From a virus, in the IMG/VR virus record IMGVR_UViG_3300028025_003013, positions 1 to 64,000 of that record: 64,000 nt of DNA, one strand, 5' to 3'. The notes beneath the pieces were generated by a model that searched no databases, was not told the origin of the DNA, and saw only the letters and a list, made by a program, of their open reading frames with translations. Numbering within the stretch: the stretch's first letter is position 1; every line of letters begins with the position of its first letter. Below are positions 1 to 9,706 of the stretch, in pieces. Made by a program: the position numbers and the translations under genes.

Positions 1-2
1 CG

Positions 3-245
3 CCAGAGCCAGAAACCTCAACAGAAGCAAGTCCCACAGAATCAAACCCCTTTGATGGAAAAGACCTCAACAGTGGAAGTGCCAGTGGAAACCTCGTTGC
101 CAGTGGAGACACCAAAGTCGAACCCGATCCGCAATCTGTGGAATTGGTTGAAACAATCTATCAAAAAATAAACACTACAAATGGTAGTGATCTAAAAGAA
201 ATCTTGGAAAGACCAACTTCTGGAAGACCCGATCGTTATAAATAA
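3..245 (+). CDS. C-terminal end of a hypothetical protein (truncated by window start)
   Basis: Open frame PEPETSTEAS...GRPDRYK* ending in TAA at 243-245. Confidence 0.6.
   Translation, partial: PEPETSTEASPTESNPFDGKDLNSGSASGNLVASGDTKVEPDPQSVELVETIYQKINTTNGSDLKEILERPTSGRPDRYK
237..244 (+). promoter_or_regulatory. T4-type late promoter TATAAATA upstream of the curli/cyclase operon
   Basis: Exact T4 gp55 consensus ~35 nt before the ATG at 279. Confidence 0.7.
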
Positions 246-278
246 AAGTATATTCCCACTTATAATTATAACAAAAAT

Positions 279-554
279 ATGGAATTCTTCAAACTTGTAG
301 CGGAAGTTGGCTTTCCCATTGCTGCAGCAATTGCAGCTGGATATTTCGTTTTTCTTACGCTAAAATTCATTCTAGCAGGTGTTACCAGTTCCGTAAAAGG
401 TATGGCTGGTATCATTGGTGCACTTGATAAACGTGTATCAGCTATGAACCATGACGTCATTAGAATTGACACCAAGGTAAGTCATGCCCTTGGAATCCCT
501 CCAGACTTAGACCGAATTGCTCGTGCTGAGCAGTCTGATGCAAGGAGAGACTAA
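279..554 (+). CDS. small membrane protein (YvrJ-like GFPI motif, TM helix + coiled coil)
   Basis: VAEVGFPIAAAIAAGYFVF; paralogous to 750..1040. Confidence 0.7.
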   Translation: MEFFKLVAEVGFPIAAAIAAGYFVFLTLKFILAGVTSSVKGMAGIIGALDKRVSAMNHDVIRIDTKVSHALGIPPDLDRIARAEQSDARRD

Positions 555-772
555 TGGAATTCGTAATCACAATTAATCTTTATTATATCGCCCTACTTGC
601 CTTAGGTTTTGGTCTTGGTTACCTTTGCTTAGCTGGTGTGGGACAACAACGTGAAACAAGGTTGGATCAAAAGAAGCATGATATCGAAGTGAAGAAAGAA
701 TGGTATCGAATGCTTGCAGAACAAAATAATAAAAAGAAAAGCAGCGGATATGGATATCGTAGGACTAATTAA
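554..772 (+). CDS. small single-TM membrane protein
   Basis: Hydrophobic N-terminus, basic C-terminus, TAATG-coupled to the previous ORF. Confidence 0.6.
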   Translation: MEFVITINLYYIALLALGFGLGYLCLAGVGQQRETRLDQKKHDIEVKKEWYRMLAEQNNKKKSSGYGYRRTN

Positions 773-1040
773 CAAATACGGATTCCCTATCGTCGCAGCA
801 GGTGGTATGGGGTACTTTGTCTACTATGTGTGGACATGGGTAACCACTGAAATTAAACCAGTAACGAGTGAAGCAAATAATGTGTTGATCGCACTAATCG
901 ATCGTGTCAGAATGTTGGATAATGACCTTATCCGATTGAATCAAAAAGTGAATGTTATCTTATCGTTGCGTCAACAAGAAGAAAAGCAAGATGAGAAAAA
1001 CAAAACTAGCAGTAGCGATAGCAGTACTAAGCCTGAGTAA
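750..1040 (+). CDS. small membrane protein (YvrJ-like), paralog of 279..554
   Basis: MDIVGLINKYGFPIVAAGGMGYFVYY...RVRMLDNDLIRL. Confidence 0.7.
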   Translation: MDIVGLINKYGFPIVAAGGMGYFVYYVWTWVTTEIKPVTSEANNVLIALIDRVRMLDNDLIRLNQKVNVILSLRQQEEKQDEKNKTSSSDSSTKPE

Positions 1041-1476
1041 TGCCTATGCGGCAGAATTACAACATACCTTTAGCAGCCCAGCTTTTTCAGGTATAGGCTA
1101 TTCATCACATGTTCTAACTATCAAACAGTTAGAAGACCAGCAAAAAGAAAAGAATCAGGCAAAGGCAGATGCTTTAAAAGCAAAGGCTGAGGCTGATGCA
1201 TTGAATACTCCATCAGCGAGATTCCTTGCAAATCTCGAATCCCGTGTTTATGCTCAACTAGCAAAACAACTCACAGACTCAATGTTTGGTGAGGGTGCAA
1301 CCTGCACCACTAGGGGTATCGTTTGTGGAACAATCCCAGATCTCGGTGGTAATACCATTACCTGGAAACTAGGCGATGGTGCTGATAGAGGTTATATCAT
1401 TATCACCATTACCAATAACGCAAACCCATCCCAGACAACAATTATGAAAGTGCCATCTGGTACTTTTGCATTCTAA
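991..1476 (+). CDS. csgF: curli assembly protein CsgF-like
   Basis: Signal peptide followed by AELQHTFSSPAFSG (CsgF N-terminal F.NP.FGG-like motif) and FLANLESRVYAQLAKQL; directly upstream of csgG. Confidence 0.85.
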   Translation: MRKTKLAVAIAVLSLSNAYAAELQHTFSSPAFSGIGYSSHVLTIKQLEDQQKEKNQAKADALKAKAEADALNTPSARFLANLESRVYAQLAKQLTDSMFGEGATCTTRGIVCGTIPDLGGNTITWKLGDGADRGYIIITITNNANPSQTTIMKVPSGTFAF

Positions 1477-1485
1477 GAGTAAGAC

Positions 1486-2679
1486 ATGACAAAGACAATT
1501 ATATCCTTAGCCATTGTTGCACTACTATCTGGATGTGCATCGAGTTCAGCACTGCGTGAAAAGATTACTGGCAATCAGTTCGATGATCCTACAGTAGAGA
1601 AAAGTAAGTTCCTACAAAAGGCACAGAACAAGATGCTTCCACCAGCTGGTGGTCCGATTCCTGTGGCAGTCTACAGTTTCCAAGATAAGACTGGTCAACG
1701 TAAGTCAATTCCAAACATTGCATCTCTTTCGTCAGCAGTGACACAGGGTGCAGAAAACTATTTGATCAAAGCACTACAAGACGTAGGTGATGGTCGTTGG
1801 TTCACAGTTCTTGAACGTGTAGGTCTAGAGAACCTCATTAAAGAACGCCAGATGATTCGTCAGATGCGTGAGCAATATCAGGGTCGTGAAGCAAAGCCAC
1901 TACCACCTATGGTCTTTGCAGGTATTATCATCGAAGGTGGTATCGTTGGTTATGATAGCAACACAATTACTGGTGGATCAGGCATGCGTCTGTTCGGTAT
2001 TGGTGCTTCCACTCAGTATCAGTCTGACACTGTTACTGTAACGCTACGAACAGTTTCTGTTAGTACAGGCGAAATTCTCACAACTGTTACAGTTACTAAG
2101 ACTGTTTTAAGTTACATGGATAAATTAACACTACTCAGATTCGTTGGAGATGGCACAGCAATCGGTGCTAACGCTACAGCGTTAGAAGGCGAGATTGGCG
2201 GAAGCGTCAATGAAAGTATTAACAAAGCGATTGACGTAGCTGTTCAGGCAGCTGTTGTTAATACAATTCAAGAAGGCAGTCGCAAGGGTGTATGGTCATA
2301 CAAGCAAGAGATTGCTGTTGTTCCAGAACCAGTGAAACTGATTGAAGTGAAAGAACCACCAAAGGAAGTGCCAAAGGAAATTGTAGAACCACCTAAAGAA
2401 GAACCTAAAGTAGAAATTAAACCTGCTGCTGTAGTTCCTCCTCCACCACCAGAAGTTCCAAAAACTGTTGTTGGTAAAAAGATGACTTTAATCGAGTCAA
2501 CATATGTTCGCAAGAACCCAACTTTAGATACAACAGGTTACAAAACTTTGGTATGGTTATTTAATAAGAATGAAGAAGTGGTAATAATTTCCCAGACTGA
2601 CAGTGACTGGGTAGAAGTAAAGAATACTATGGGTAGAAAAGGTTTTATTAAACTAGAAAAACTCAAGGAGATGAATTAA
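1486..2679 (+). CDS. csgG: curli secretion channel CsgG with Pro/Glu/Lys linker and C-terminal SH3b-like domain
   Basis: Lipobox LLSGC; VAVYSFQDKTGQRK, AVTQGA, WFTVLERVGLENLIKERQMIR, EGGIVGYDSN. Confidence 0.93.
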   Translation: MTKTIISLAIVALLSGCASSSALREKITGNQFDDPTVEKSKFLQKAQNKMLPPAGGPIPVAVYSFQDKTGQRKSIPNIASLSSAVTQGAENYLIKALQDVGDGRWFTVLERVGLENLIKERQMIRQMREQYQGREAKPLPPMVFAGIIIEGGIVGYDSNTITGGSGMRLFGIGASTQYQSDTVTVTLRTVSVSTGEILTTVTVTKTVLSYMDKLTLLRFVGDGTAIGANATALEGEIGGSVNESINKAIDVAVQAAVVNTIQEGSRKGVWSYKQEIAVVPEPVKLIEVKEPPKEVPKEIVEPPKEEPKVEIKPAAVVPPPPPEVPKTVVGKKMTLIESTYVRKNPTLDTTGYKTLVWLFNKNEEVVIISQTDSDWVEVKNTMGRKGFIKLEKLKEMN

Positions 2680-2682
2680 GCA

Positions 2683-3498
2683 ATGCTTGGTTCAAAACAA
2701 AATATGGCAATAAGCAAAAAATTATACACAGTACTGATGTTGGCAATGTTGCCGATATCAGGAATGGCTACAGCGAATCCATCTGTGGCTGGCAACTTAG
2801 TTTATATCGAACAGGTTGGTAACACTAACACAATCACAATCGAACAGGTCGGTGGTGGCAACAGTGTTGGTGGCGTTGCAGGTACAACTACTGTTGCAGC
2901 AACTGGAGTTACAACCCTAACACCTACAGCAGCAAGTGCAACAAACTATGGAACAATTACTGGAAACAGTAACCTCGTTGGTTTAACGCAAACTGGTGAT
3001 AGCAATACTGCTCAATACAATATTCGTGGTGGCAACAATACATACAACAGTACTGTTACTGGTAATGCTAACCAAACTAATATGATCATCGGTACTCAGG
3101 GTGCTGCAAACAATACGCAAAACGTAATCACTGAAACGATTGTTGGCGATACAAACACTATCATTCAGCAGATCACTGGAACACAAATTGCATCATTAAC
3201 TTTTATTACTGGTAATGACAACCAAGTTACCAATAGTTTATTGAGCAGTCGTGGTTCGGTATCGAATACAATCAGTGGTAACTTCAACATTACCAATTCT
3301 CAGCAGATTGATGGCGCTGGTGTTAATGGTCATCAATTGGTAATGAATACACTTGGCGATTACAATAGCATCACAACACAACAGCAGGGTATGAATGACA
3401 CAACAGTTAACATCTCAACAGTAGGAAGTAACAATACTATCACAGTTAGAACTAGCAGCACTGCTATTACTAGCCCAGTATCAGCAGTACCACGTTGA
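2683..3498 (+). CDS. secreted curlin-repeat protein (CsgA/CsgB-like)
   Basis: Signal peptide; N/Q/G/T-rich repeats such as IEQVGNTNTITIEQVGGGN, LTQTGDSNTA, QQQGMNDT. Confidence 0.8.
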   Translation: MLGSKQNMAISKKLYTVLMLAMLPISGMATANPSVAGNLVYIEQVGNTNTITIEQVGGGNSVGGVAGTTTVAATGVTTLTPTAASATNYGTITGNSNLVGLTQTGDSNTAQYNIRGGNNTYNSTVTGNANQTNMIIGTQGAANNTQNVITETIVGDTNTIIQQITGTQIASLTFITGNDNQVTNSLLSSRGSVSNTISGNFNITNSQQIDGAGVNGHQLVMNTLGDYNSITTQQQGMNDTTVNISTVGSNNTITVRTSSTAITSPVSAVPR

Positions 3499-3504
3499 TT
3501 TGTT

Positions 3505-4596
3505 ATGAAATATGTATTTGTTATACTGTGCCTATTTACAGTAAATAGTTGGGCAGCAATAGGCACAGTTACTGAAAACAAAGGCGATGGCTGTCAAATC
3601 GTCCGAGGCAAAGGTAAATTATCTGGAGCCAAGGGTGCTGGTGTCGAATCTATGGACACCATCATTAATACATCATGCGACAGTAAGATAACATTCAAAG
3701 ACGACACAAAGGTCAATATCACAGCAAACAGTAAGCTGTTTATTGATGACTTTGTGTTCGATCCAAAGGCGAGTGACTCAGGTAAGTTAGCTCTTAAAGT
3801 AGCCATGGGTTCTGTCAGATACGCATCTGGTCAGATTGCTAAAAACAATGCACAACAGGTAGACATTAAAACTCCAACAGCAACTATCGCTGTCCGTGGA
3901 ACGGACTTCAATATGGTTGTTGATGAAACAGGAGAGAGCCTTGTCATCCTGTTACCATCCTGCAAAGACGACAAGGATGTTAAGAAGTTTGAGTTAGAAG
4001 AAAACAAATGCCGTGTTGGTAAGATTGAAGTTACTACATTGGCTGGTTCAGTAGTGCTTGAAGAAGCATTCGCTGGCACATATGTATTCAGCGCAAACAC
4101 TGCACCGACTGCTCCAAGAATTATCAATACAGTTGAAGCAAACATTGGTAACCATTTGTTGTTGGCCAATCCAAAAGAAATCAAACAGGCTATTCGTGAA
4201 GCCAATGGCAAGGACAGAGAAGAAAAGCAACGTGAACAGCAAGATCTTGATATGGCACGTGAGCAAAATAATAGAAATGGTAGTTCACACCAAGACGCAT
4301 TCCTGATGAAGTTTGGTCCAGGTAAAGGTGATGGTCTTTGCAATTCTATTACTAGCGTTTGTGTTTACTGGGAACGAGAAGATCAACCAGATCGTCCCAG
4401 CAAAGGTAGGGGTGTTGCGTATCGTGGGTCAGATCTAGATCACTACGCTGAAGTTAAGACACAGGGCTATACTTCGAATACCTTTGTTAACATTACACAA
4501 AACTGGATGGCTGCTACAGAGTTGATTGGTGACGGATCTCCTGGTGGTAATACTGTTACCATTATACAGAACATGGGTATAAGAAGAAGTCGATGA
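3505..4596 (+). CDS. secreted FecR-domain protein
   Basis: ITFKDDTKVNITANSKLFIDDF...GSVRYASG...IKTPTATIAVRGTDF. Confidence 0.88.
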   Translation: MKYVFVILCLFTVNSWAAIGTVTENKGDGCQIVRGKGKLSGAKGAGVESMDTIINTSCDSKITFKDDTKVNITANSKLFIDDFVFDPKASDSGKLALKVAMGSVRYASGQIAKNNAQQVDIKTPTATIAVRGTDFNMVVDETGESLVILLPSCKDDKDVKKFELEENKCRVGKIEVTTLAGSVVLEEAFAGTYVFSANTAPTAPRIINTVEANIGNHLLLANPKEIKQAIREANGKDREEKQREQQDLDMAREQNNRNGSSHQDAFLMKFGPGKGDGLCNSITSVCVYWEREDQPDRPSKGRGVAYRGSDLDHYAEVKTQGYTSNTFVNITQNWMAATELIGDGSPGGNTVTIIQNMGIRRSR

Positions 4597-6227
4597 AAAA
4601 ACTCTTACTATCTCTTTTGTTAGTTTGTTCAAATTCCTTTGCTGCCATTACTGACGGCAAGTTCGGTATCAACCAAATATTTGACGTGCAGTACTGGTGG
4701 AATGGCAACACTCTAAATGCCAGTAGCTTCATCGCACCTTACAATAAAAACTTTCAAACAGTTACAGTTACCGCAGGGCAATACTTCCAGTTCTTTCCTA
4801 GCACAACCAATCCAGGTAAGTATGGATTGAAGTTAATGAACAGCAATGGTACACAGCATAGTATTGTGCATGACCATGGTGATATTACTGCACTGGGTAA
4901 TGGTGCTATCTTTTACATCGGCTCTGGTTTCTTTGGTAACGTGATTACAACAGCACAGGGTTACAGCTATGGTGCAAGTGCTCAGTTCACTAACATGGAC
5001 ACTAGCGTAAGTAGCACAGACTTAAACAATTATACATTTGCAAGTTCAACTCCGCTAACTGCTGGTCAAACAGCAGCGCCAGCTGGTCCTCCACCTCCTG
5101 CGCCAACAGCGATCTATATGAACAATGCTACTGTTAAGATTATAAGAGCAATACCTACTACTAACAACAGTCCAGGTAACGAAGGTCCAAACAACGCATT
5201 CGATAATAACGCATCAACAAAGTATCTAAATTTCGATAAGAAGAATGCTGGTGTTACTATTCAACTAAACGCTGGTAGAGCAGTCACTGGCTTCACTGTT
5301 ACGACTGCTAACGACTTTAGTGGTCGCGATCCTACAAGTTACAAACTGTATGGTAGTAATGATGGATCTACATGGACGTTAATTAAACAAGATGCCATCA
5401 GTTTAAGTGAAGCACGTTTTTCAACTAGCGCAGTAATTGATGTTGCAAACACCACTGCTTATGCATATTACTTTATGTTGTTCCCAACTACCAAAGCAGG
5501 TGAAGGTTGTGGACTTAACTGCGATAGTATGCAGATTGGCGAACTAACTTATTACTATGATGCAAATAACACGACAACATCTACAGCAACAAGTTCTACC
5601 ATTGTTGACCCTGTGACTGCAGCTTCTGTTCCACAACTTTGCTGTGGTGGTTCTGCTGCATCGTTTAGTTCAGATGCAACCAATACTGTAAAGGTTATGA
5701 CTTTCCAAAACAGGACTACATACGACAGTCAGGTATACATTGACCAGATTGGTAACTCAAACACCATCGAAGTTACTCAGAGTGGCACTAGAAACAATTA
5801 TACTAAGTATGAAGGTAACGGATCATTTAATGATATCGTTGTCACTCAATCATCGACCACTTCATCAGCAACAAACTATACAGACTTAGTAGTTAATGGA
5901 AACAGCAACAGCGTTACTATTACGCAGCAAAGCACTGGTGGAGCAAAGGGTGCATTCGTGAATATATCTGATAATAACAATACACTATTGTTGCAACAGA
6001 AAGATTCTGGCAATCACTATGCTGAAGTAAGTTTGTCTGGTGGGAATAAGAACGTGGATATTCTTCAACAGGGTTCTGCAGGACACATGGCTAGAATTGG
6101 ATTGACTGGTTTGCCGACAGATCTGAGTTTGACGCAGTCTGGTTCAACACAGAACTTTTATTCAATAAACTTCAACTGCGCCACTGCTGGTGGTTGCGCT
6201 AAGATTACAGTGACACAAGGTCAATGA
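4593..6227 (+). CDS. secreted protein with discoidin/F5-8 type C-like domain and C-terminal curlin repeats
   Basis: NAFDNNASTKYLNF...TANDFSGRDPTSYKLYGSNDGSTWT; C-terminal YIDQIGNSNTIEVTQSG-type repeats. Confidence 0.8.
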   Translation: MKKLLLSLLLVCSNSFAAITDGKFGINQIFDVQYWWNGNTLNASSFIAPYNKNFQTVTVTAGQYFQFFPSTTNPGKYGLKLMNSNGTQHSIVHDHGDITALGNGAIFYIGSGFFGNVITTAQGYSYGASAQFTNMDTSVSSTDLNNYTFASSTPLTAGQTAAPAGPPPPAPTAIYMNNATVKIIRAIPTTNNSPGNEGPNNAFDNNASTKYLNFDKKNAGVTIQLNAGRAVTGFTVTTANDFSGRDPTSYKLYGSNDGSTWTLIKQDAISLSEARFSTSAVIDVANTTAYAYYFMLFPTTKAGEGCGLNCDSMQIGELTYYYDANNTTTSTATSSTIVDPVTAASVPQLCCGGSAASFSSDATNTVKVMTFQNRTTYDSQVYIDQIGNSNTIEVTQSGTRNNYTKYEGNGSFNDIVVTQSSTTSSATNYTDLVVNGNSNSVTITQQSTGGAKGAFVNISDNNNTLLLQQKDSGNHYAEVSLSGGNKNVDILQQGSAGHMARIGLTGLPTDLSLTQSGSTQNFYSINFNCATAGGCAKITVTQGQ

Positions 6228-6871
6228 AACATCTTGCATTGTTTATGCGCCATCCAGAGTGTTCAAAGGATTGTGCATACGCAATGGTTCATGCGTTGTC
6301 ATCCGATTACCAGATAAGAATATTCGATGAGAAGGAATTAGACGATGATACTTTCTTTGAGCATCTTGATGTTATTGCTTTTCCTGGTGGGATTGGGGAT
6401 AGCGACTCGTATCCTAATTTCTTCACTAGAAGGAGAGCGAACCGAATCGCCGAGTTCATATCAGGTGGTGGTCATTACCTTGGTATCTGCATGGGTGCTT
6501 ATTGGGCTGGAGAGCGTTATTTCGATATACTTGATGGTGTCAACCCTGTTCAATATATAAAACAGCCAAACGCAGACATTAGAAGAAGCTACGCAACAGT
6601 AGCTTCAGTCACATGGAACGACCAACAAGAGCATATGTATTTCTATGATGGTTGTGCTCTTGTTGGAGATGACTCCAAATTCAAAACGATTGCTCGTTAT
6701 TCCAACGGAGATCCCATGGCAATCATACAGGGAAGAATAGGATTGATAGGTTGCCATCCAGAAGCACCTCAATACTGGTTCGAAACCCCATGGCACTACA
6801 TCAATAAATACTATACCAAGGGTAAACATAACACCCTACTTCTAAATTTCGTGAATGAGTTAACACAATGA
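6224..6871 (+). CDS. class I glutamine amidotransferase-like (BPL_N-type) protein
   Basis: FPGG, GGHYLGICMGAY (nucleophile Cys), GCHPE (His-Glu). Confidence 0.82.
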   Translation: MKHLALFMRHPECSKDCAYAMVHALSSDYQIRIFDEKELDDDTFFEHLDVIAFPGGIGDSDSYPNFFTRRRANRIAEFISGGGHYLGICMGAYWAGERYFDILDGVNPVQYIKQPNADIRRSYATVASVTWNDQQEHMYFYDGCALVGDDSKFKTIARYSNGDPMAIIQGRIGLIGCHPEAPQYWFETPWHYINKYYTKGKHNTLLLNFVNELTQ

Positions 6872-8937
6872 AAAAATTATTATCTCCATGGATGGCGCTG
6901 GTTACACTGGTGCTAATGATTGTGATTCGTTTGGCAGACCCAGCATTTGTTGAGTCTGTGCGACTTCGTTATTTCGATCAACTAATAACAAGCAAAGGTA
7001 CAACTACATCGCAATCGGTGCATGTTGTGAATATCGACGATGAGTTTATTCGCCAAAAAGGACAGTTCCCGTTCCCTCGTGGACAATACGCCACCATTAT
7101 TGCTGATCTGTATCGGCATGGTGCTGGGTTGGTTGTGTTTAACATTTACATGCCTGACTCTGATAGGTTTAATCAAGATGATCAGTTAGCACAAGCCCTC
7201 AAAAAGTATCCTGTAGTTCTACCTCATACAGCTACCAATGAGCCATTAGAAAATAAGTATCGTCCATTCCGACCAGGAGTTTCTGTCATCGGTGGTGATA
7301 CATCAAGCACAGGAATACTTTATGATAGCATACAACCAAATGTCAAAATACTTAACGATAACGCTGCTGGCGTTGGTGTCGTTAACACTTTCCCAGAAGT
7401 CGATGGCGTCGTGCGCAGAGTGCCCATGGTCATTAACTCAGGTGGTGAACTCTACCCAAGCATCTCCCTCGAAACCCTCCGAGTCGCAAGCAACGATCCC
7501 TCTTTCCAGATTAAAGTTGACGACGGAAATATCCAAGCTGTCCGAATTCCGAAGTTTGGAAAAATTCCAACAGACGAATACGGTAGAATCTGGGTGGATT
7601 GGTCATCCAGACCGACCGAACATTCCATGGCTAATCTGCCAAAGGACTTCAAAGGTGGAATCGTTATCGTCGGACTCACCGCAAGAGGGTTCAACAATCC
7701 AGTCGCAACTAGTCGAGGAGAAATCTATCCGCACTACTTGCAAGCCTCTGTACTAGACACAATAGCAGAGGGCAGTAACATCAGCAGACCAGAGTGGTCT
7801 ACGCTTGCTGAGTTATGTTTTATGATTGTAGCAGTTGCTCTTTCAATCTTACTCACAAGGTTCACTCATGGATACATCTTCGCAATCCTACTTGGATTCA
7901 CTGCCTACTATGGTGGCATGGAATTATTTTTACGATCTGGGTATCTACTTGATGCTGTCTTCCCGATTCTCGCCATTGGAGTCTGCTCCTTCCATGGATA
8001 CATTGTTAAATTTCTGGTTGAACTACGAGCCAAGTTACAGATCAAAAAACAATTCGGTGGATACGTCTCACCAGTAATTGTTAACCAGCTGGCAGAAGAT
8101 CCTGAAGGTGCTGCTGAACGATTGAAAGGTGAGAAGCGAGATCTGTCTATCGTCATGACAGACTTACGTGGCTTTACTACATTGGGTGAATCGTTCGGTG
8201 CTGATGTGCAAGGTTTGACTGCAGTTATGAATCGCTACATGGATGCGTTGTCAAAGCCAGTGCTAAAGAATGGTGGTTGCATTATTAAGTTCATTGGCGA
8301 TGCATCACTGCATGTGCACAATGCACCAGTTGACGATAAGGATCATGCTGTCACTGCCGTTAAGACTGCGCTTGAGATGATTCAGGCTATTGAAGAATTC
8401 AACAAAGAACTTCAGGCAGAAGGTCGTCCACCAGTTGGTATGGGTGCTGGTGTTAACACTGGTCCAACTTTGATCGGTAACATTGGTGCCAACGAAAGAT
8501 ACGGATACGATGTTCTTGGCGATTCAGTTTCCACTGCTGCACGTCTTGAAGGTCAAACAAAAGGTTACGGTGTTCTGTTGATCATTGGTCCAGAAACAAA
8601 CAAACTGATCCAAGATGAGTATGCAACTCTTGAACTTGATTGCATTGCTGTTAAAGGTAAGACTGTTGGTCTGAACATCTACGCTGTCGTTGGTCGCCAT
8701 GAAGAACTAGTGAAGACAACAGCCTATGTTCCAGAGACGCATGCGCATGAGAAGATGTTGGAACTATACCGCATCAAGAAGTTTGACATGGCGATCAAAA
8801 TGTGCAATGAACTCAAAGGTGCATTCAAAGGGTACATGGATCACTACTATGAAATTTGGATTGAACGCTGTGAGGAAATGAAAACCAAAGACTTACCTCC
8901 CGACTGGGATGGCGTTTACAGGGCTACCAGCAAGTAA
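6868..8937 (+). CDS. CHASE2-domain membrane class III adenylate/guanylate cyclase
   Basis: VVNIDD/FPFPRG and DGVVRRVP (CHASE2), three TM helices, MTDLRGFT, IKFIGDA, YDVLGDSVSTAARLEG. Confidence 0.93.
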   Translation: MKKLLSPWMALVTLVLMIVIRLADPAFVESVRLRYFDQLITSKGTTTSQSVHVVNIDDEFIRQKGQFPFPRGQYATIIADLYRHGAGLVVFNIYMPDSDRFNQDDQLAQALKKYPVVLPHTATNEPLENKYRPFRPGVSVIGGDTSSTGILYDSIQPNVKILNDNAAGVGVVNTFPEVDGVVRRVPMVINSGGELYPSISLETLRVASNDPSFQIKVDDGNIQAVRIPKFGKIPTDEYGRIWVDWSSRPTEHSMANLPKDFKGGIVIVGLTARGFNNPVATSRGEIYPHYLQASVLDTIAEGSNISRPEWSTLAELCFMIVAVALSILLTRFTHGYIFAILLGFTAYYGGMELFLRSGYLLDAVFPILAIGVCSFHGYIVKFLVELRAKLQIKKQFGGYVSPVIVNQLAEDPEGAAERLKGEKRDLSIVMTDLRGFTTLGESFGADVQGLTAVMNRYMDALSKPVLKNGGCIIKFIGDASLHVHNAPVDDKDHAVTAVKTALEMIQAIEEFNKELQAEGRPPVGMGAGVNTGPTLIGNIGANERYGYDVLGDSVSTAARLEGQTKGYGVLLIIGPETNKLIQDEYATLELDCIAVKGKTVGLNIYAVVGRHEELVKTTAYVPETHAHEKMLELYRIKKFDMAIKMCNELKGAFKGYMDHYYEIWIERCEEMKTKDLPPDWDGVYRATSK

Positions 8938-9062
8938 AATCCCTTTAAAATCAACAACTTACGAATGACCCTACTTTTTGTAGGGTTTTTCACATTTCGC
9001 TTGACGGAAATTGGAAATTAGGGCATAATTACTTTATAGTGATTAGAAAAGGAAACGAAATG
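8936..9062 (+). repeat. repeated early regulatory cassette: IHF-like site, terminator hairpin, TTGACG-17-CATAAT promoter, conserved leader/RBS
   Basis: AATCAACAACTTA 8949-8961; ACCCTAC..GTAGGGT hairpin; -35 at 9001; related copies at 17921, 26141, 38304/38522. Confidence 0.85.
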
Positions 9063-9317
9063 AAACAGTTAAATGCCTTCATAGCCAAGAAGAACCAGTG
9101 GAATGCTATCTTCAAAGGTACGCAGTACGAGATTCAAACTGCCGCAGGTCGCCAGCGTTTGGCTGACTGCATCGATGCTGATCTCAGCCCAGAGAATTTA
9201 ACCTGCGATGGTGAGTTACCACGCAATGTCGTTCAGGCGAAGTATAATGAATTGACCACTGTTGCACGTCAACTTAAACAGTTGGATCCCTCAGTTAAAT
9301 TTTACGAATTTGAATAA
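9060..9317 (+). CDS. early hypothetical protein
   Basis: ATG after cassette RBS; LSPENLTCDGE motif. Confidence 0.75.
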   Translation: MKQLNAFIAKKNQWNAIFKGTQYEIQTAAGRQRLADCIDADLSPENLTCDGELPRNVVQAKYNELTTVARQLKQLDPSVKFYEFE

Positions 9318-9326
9318 GGACTAAAG

Positions 9327-9482
9327 ATGAGCAAAGAATTTGCGGACATTCGTGTGGGTAGTTTGTTTCATGTGAATGGAAACGACTATCAAAAGAAGTC
9401 ATCACGCACAGCCATGTTGCTGTCGTATGGTAAAACCTTTTATTTCCGTAAGAACGAAGTTGTTCACCCCATTGCTTATTAA
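9327..9482 (+). CDS. small hypothetical protein (missed by ORF track)
   Basis: AAGGA RBS, MSKEFADIRVGSLF...PIAY*. Confidence 0.6.
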   Translation: MSKEFADIRVGSLFHVNGNDYQKKSSRTAMLLSYGKTFYFRKNEVVHPIAY

Positions 9483-9491
9483 GGATTGATT

Positions 9492-9704
9492 ATGAAATTG
9501 CGTGTTATTATTAATGGTGTTTCTTTTTATACTACATCCACTGCTATCAAGCAACGTCGTGTAGGTGACTTCTGTTTACAGAACGATGCCCTTGCGTATG
9601 CCTTGGTTTGCATGGGTAATGACTTGGGAATCGGTAAGACTGTTCGCTACTACGATCACAAGATGGTGCAACATACGTTTGATATTCAATTGACAAAGGT
9701 TTAA
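9492..9704 (+). CDS. hypothetical protein
   Basis: ORF with AAGGA RBS in early operon. Confidence 0.6.
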   Translation: MKLRVIINGVSFYTTSTAIKQRRVGDFCLQNDALAYALVCMGNDLGIGKTVRYYDHKMVQHTFDIQLTKV

Positions 9705-9706
9705 TC

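Noticed and set aside
6868-8937. Pycsar/CBASS-type defence cyclase
   Set aside because: Membrane CHASE2 architecture, ATP-specifying Lys/Asp, and no adjacent cyclic-nucleotide effector gene
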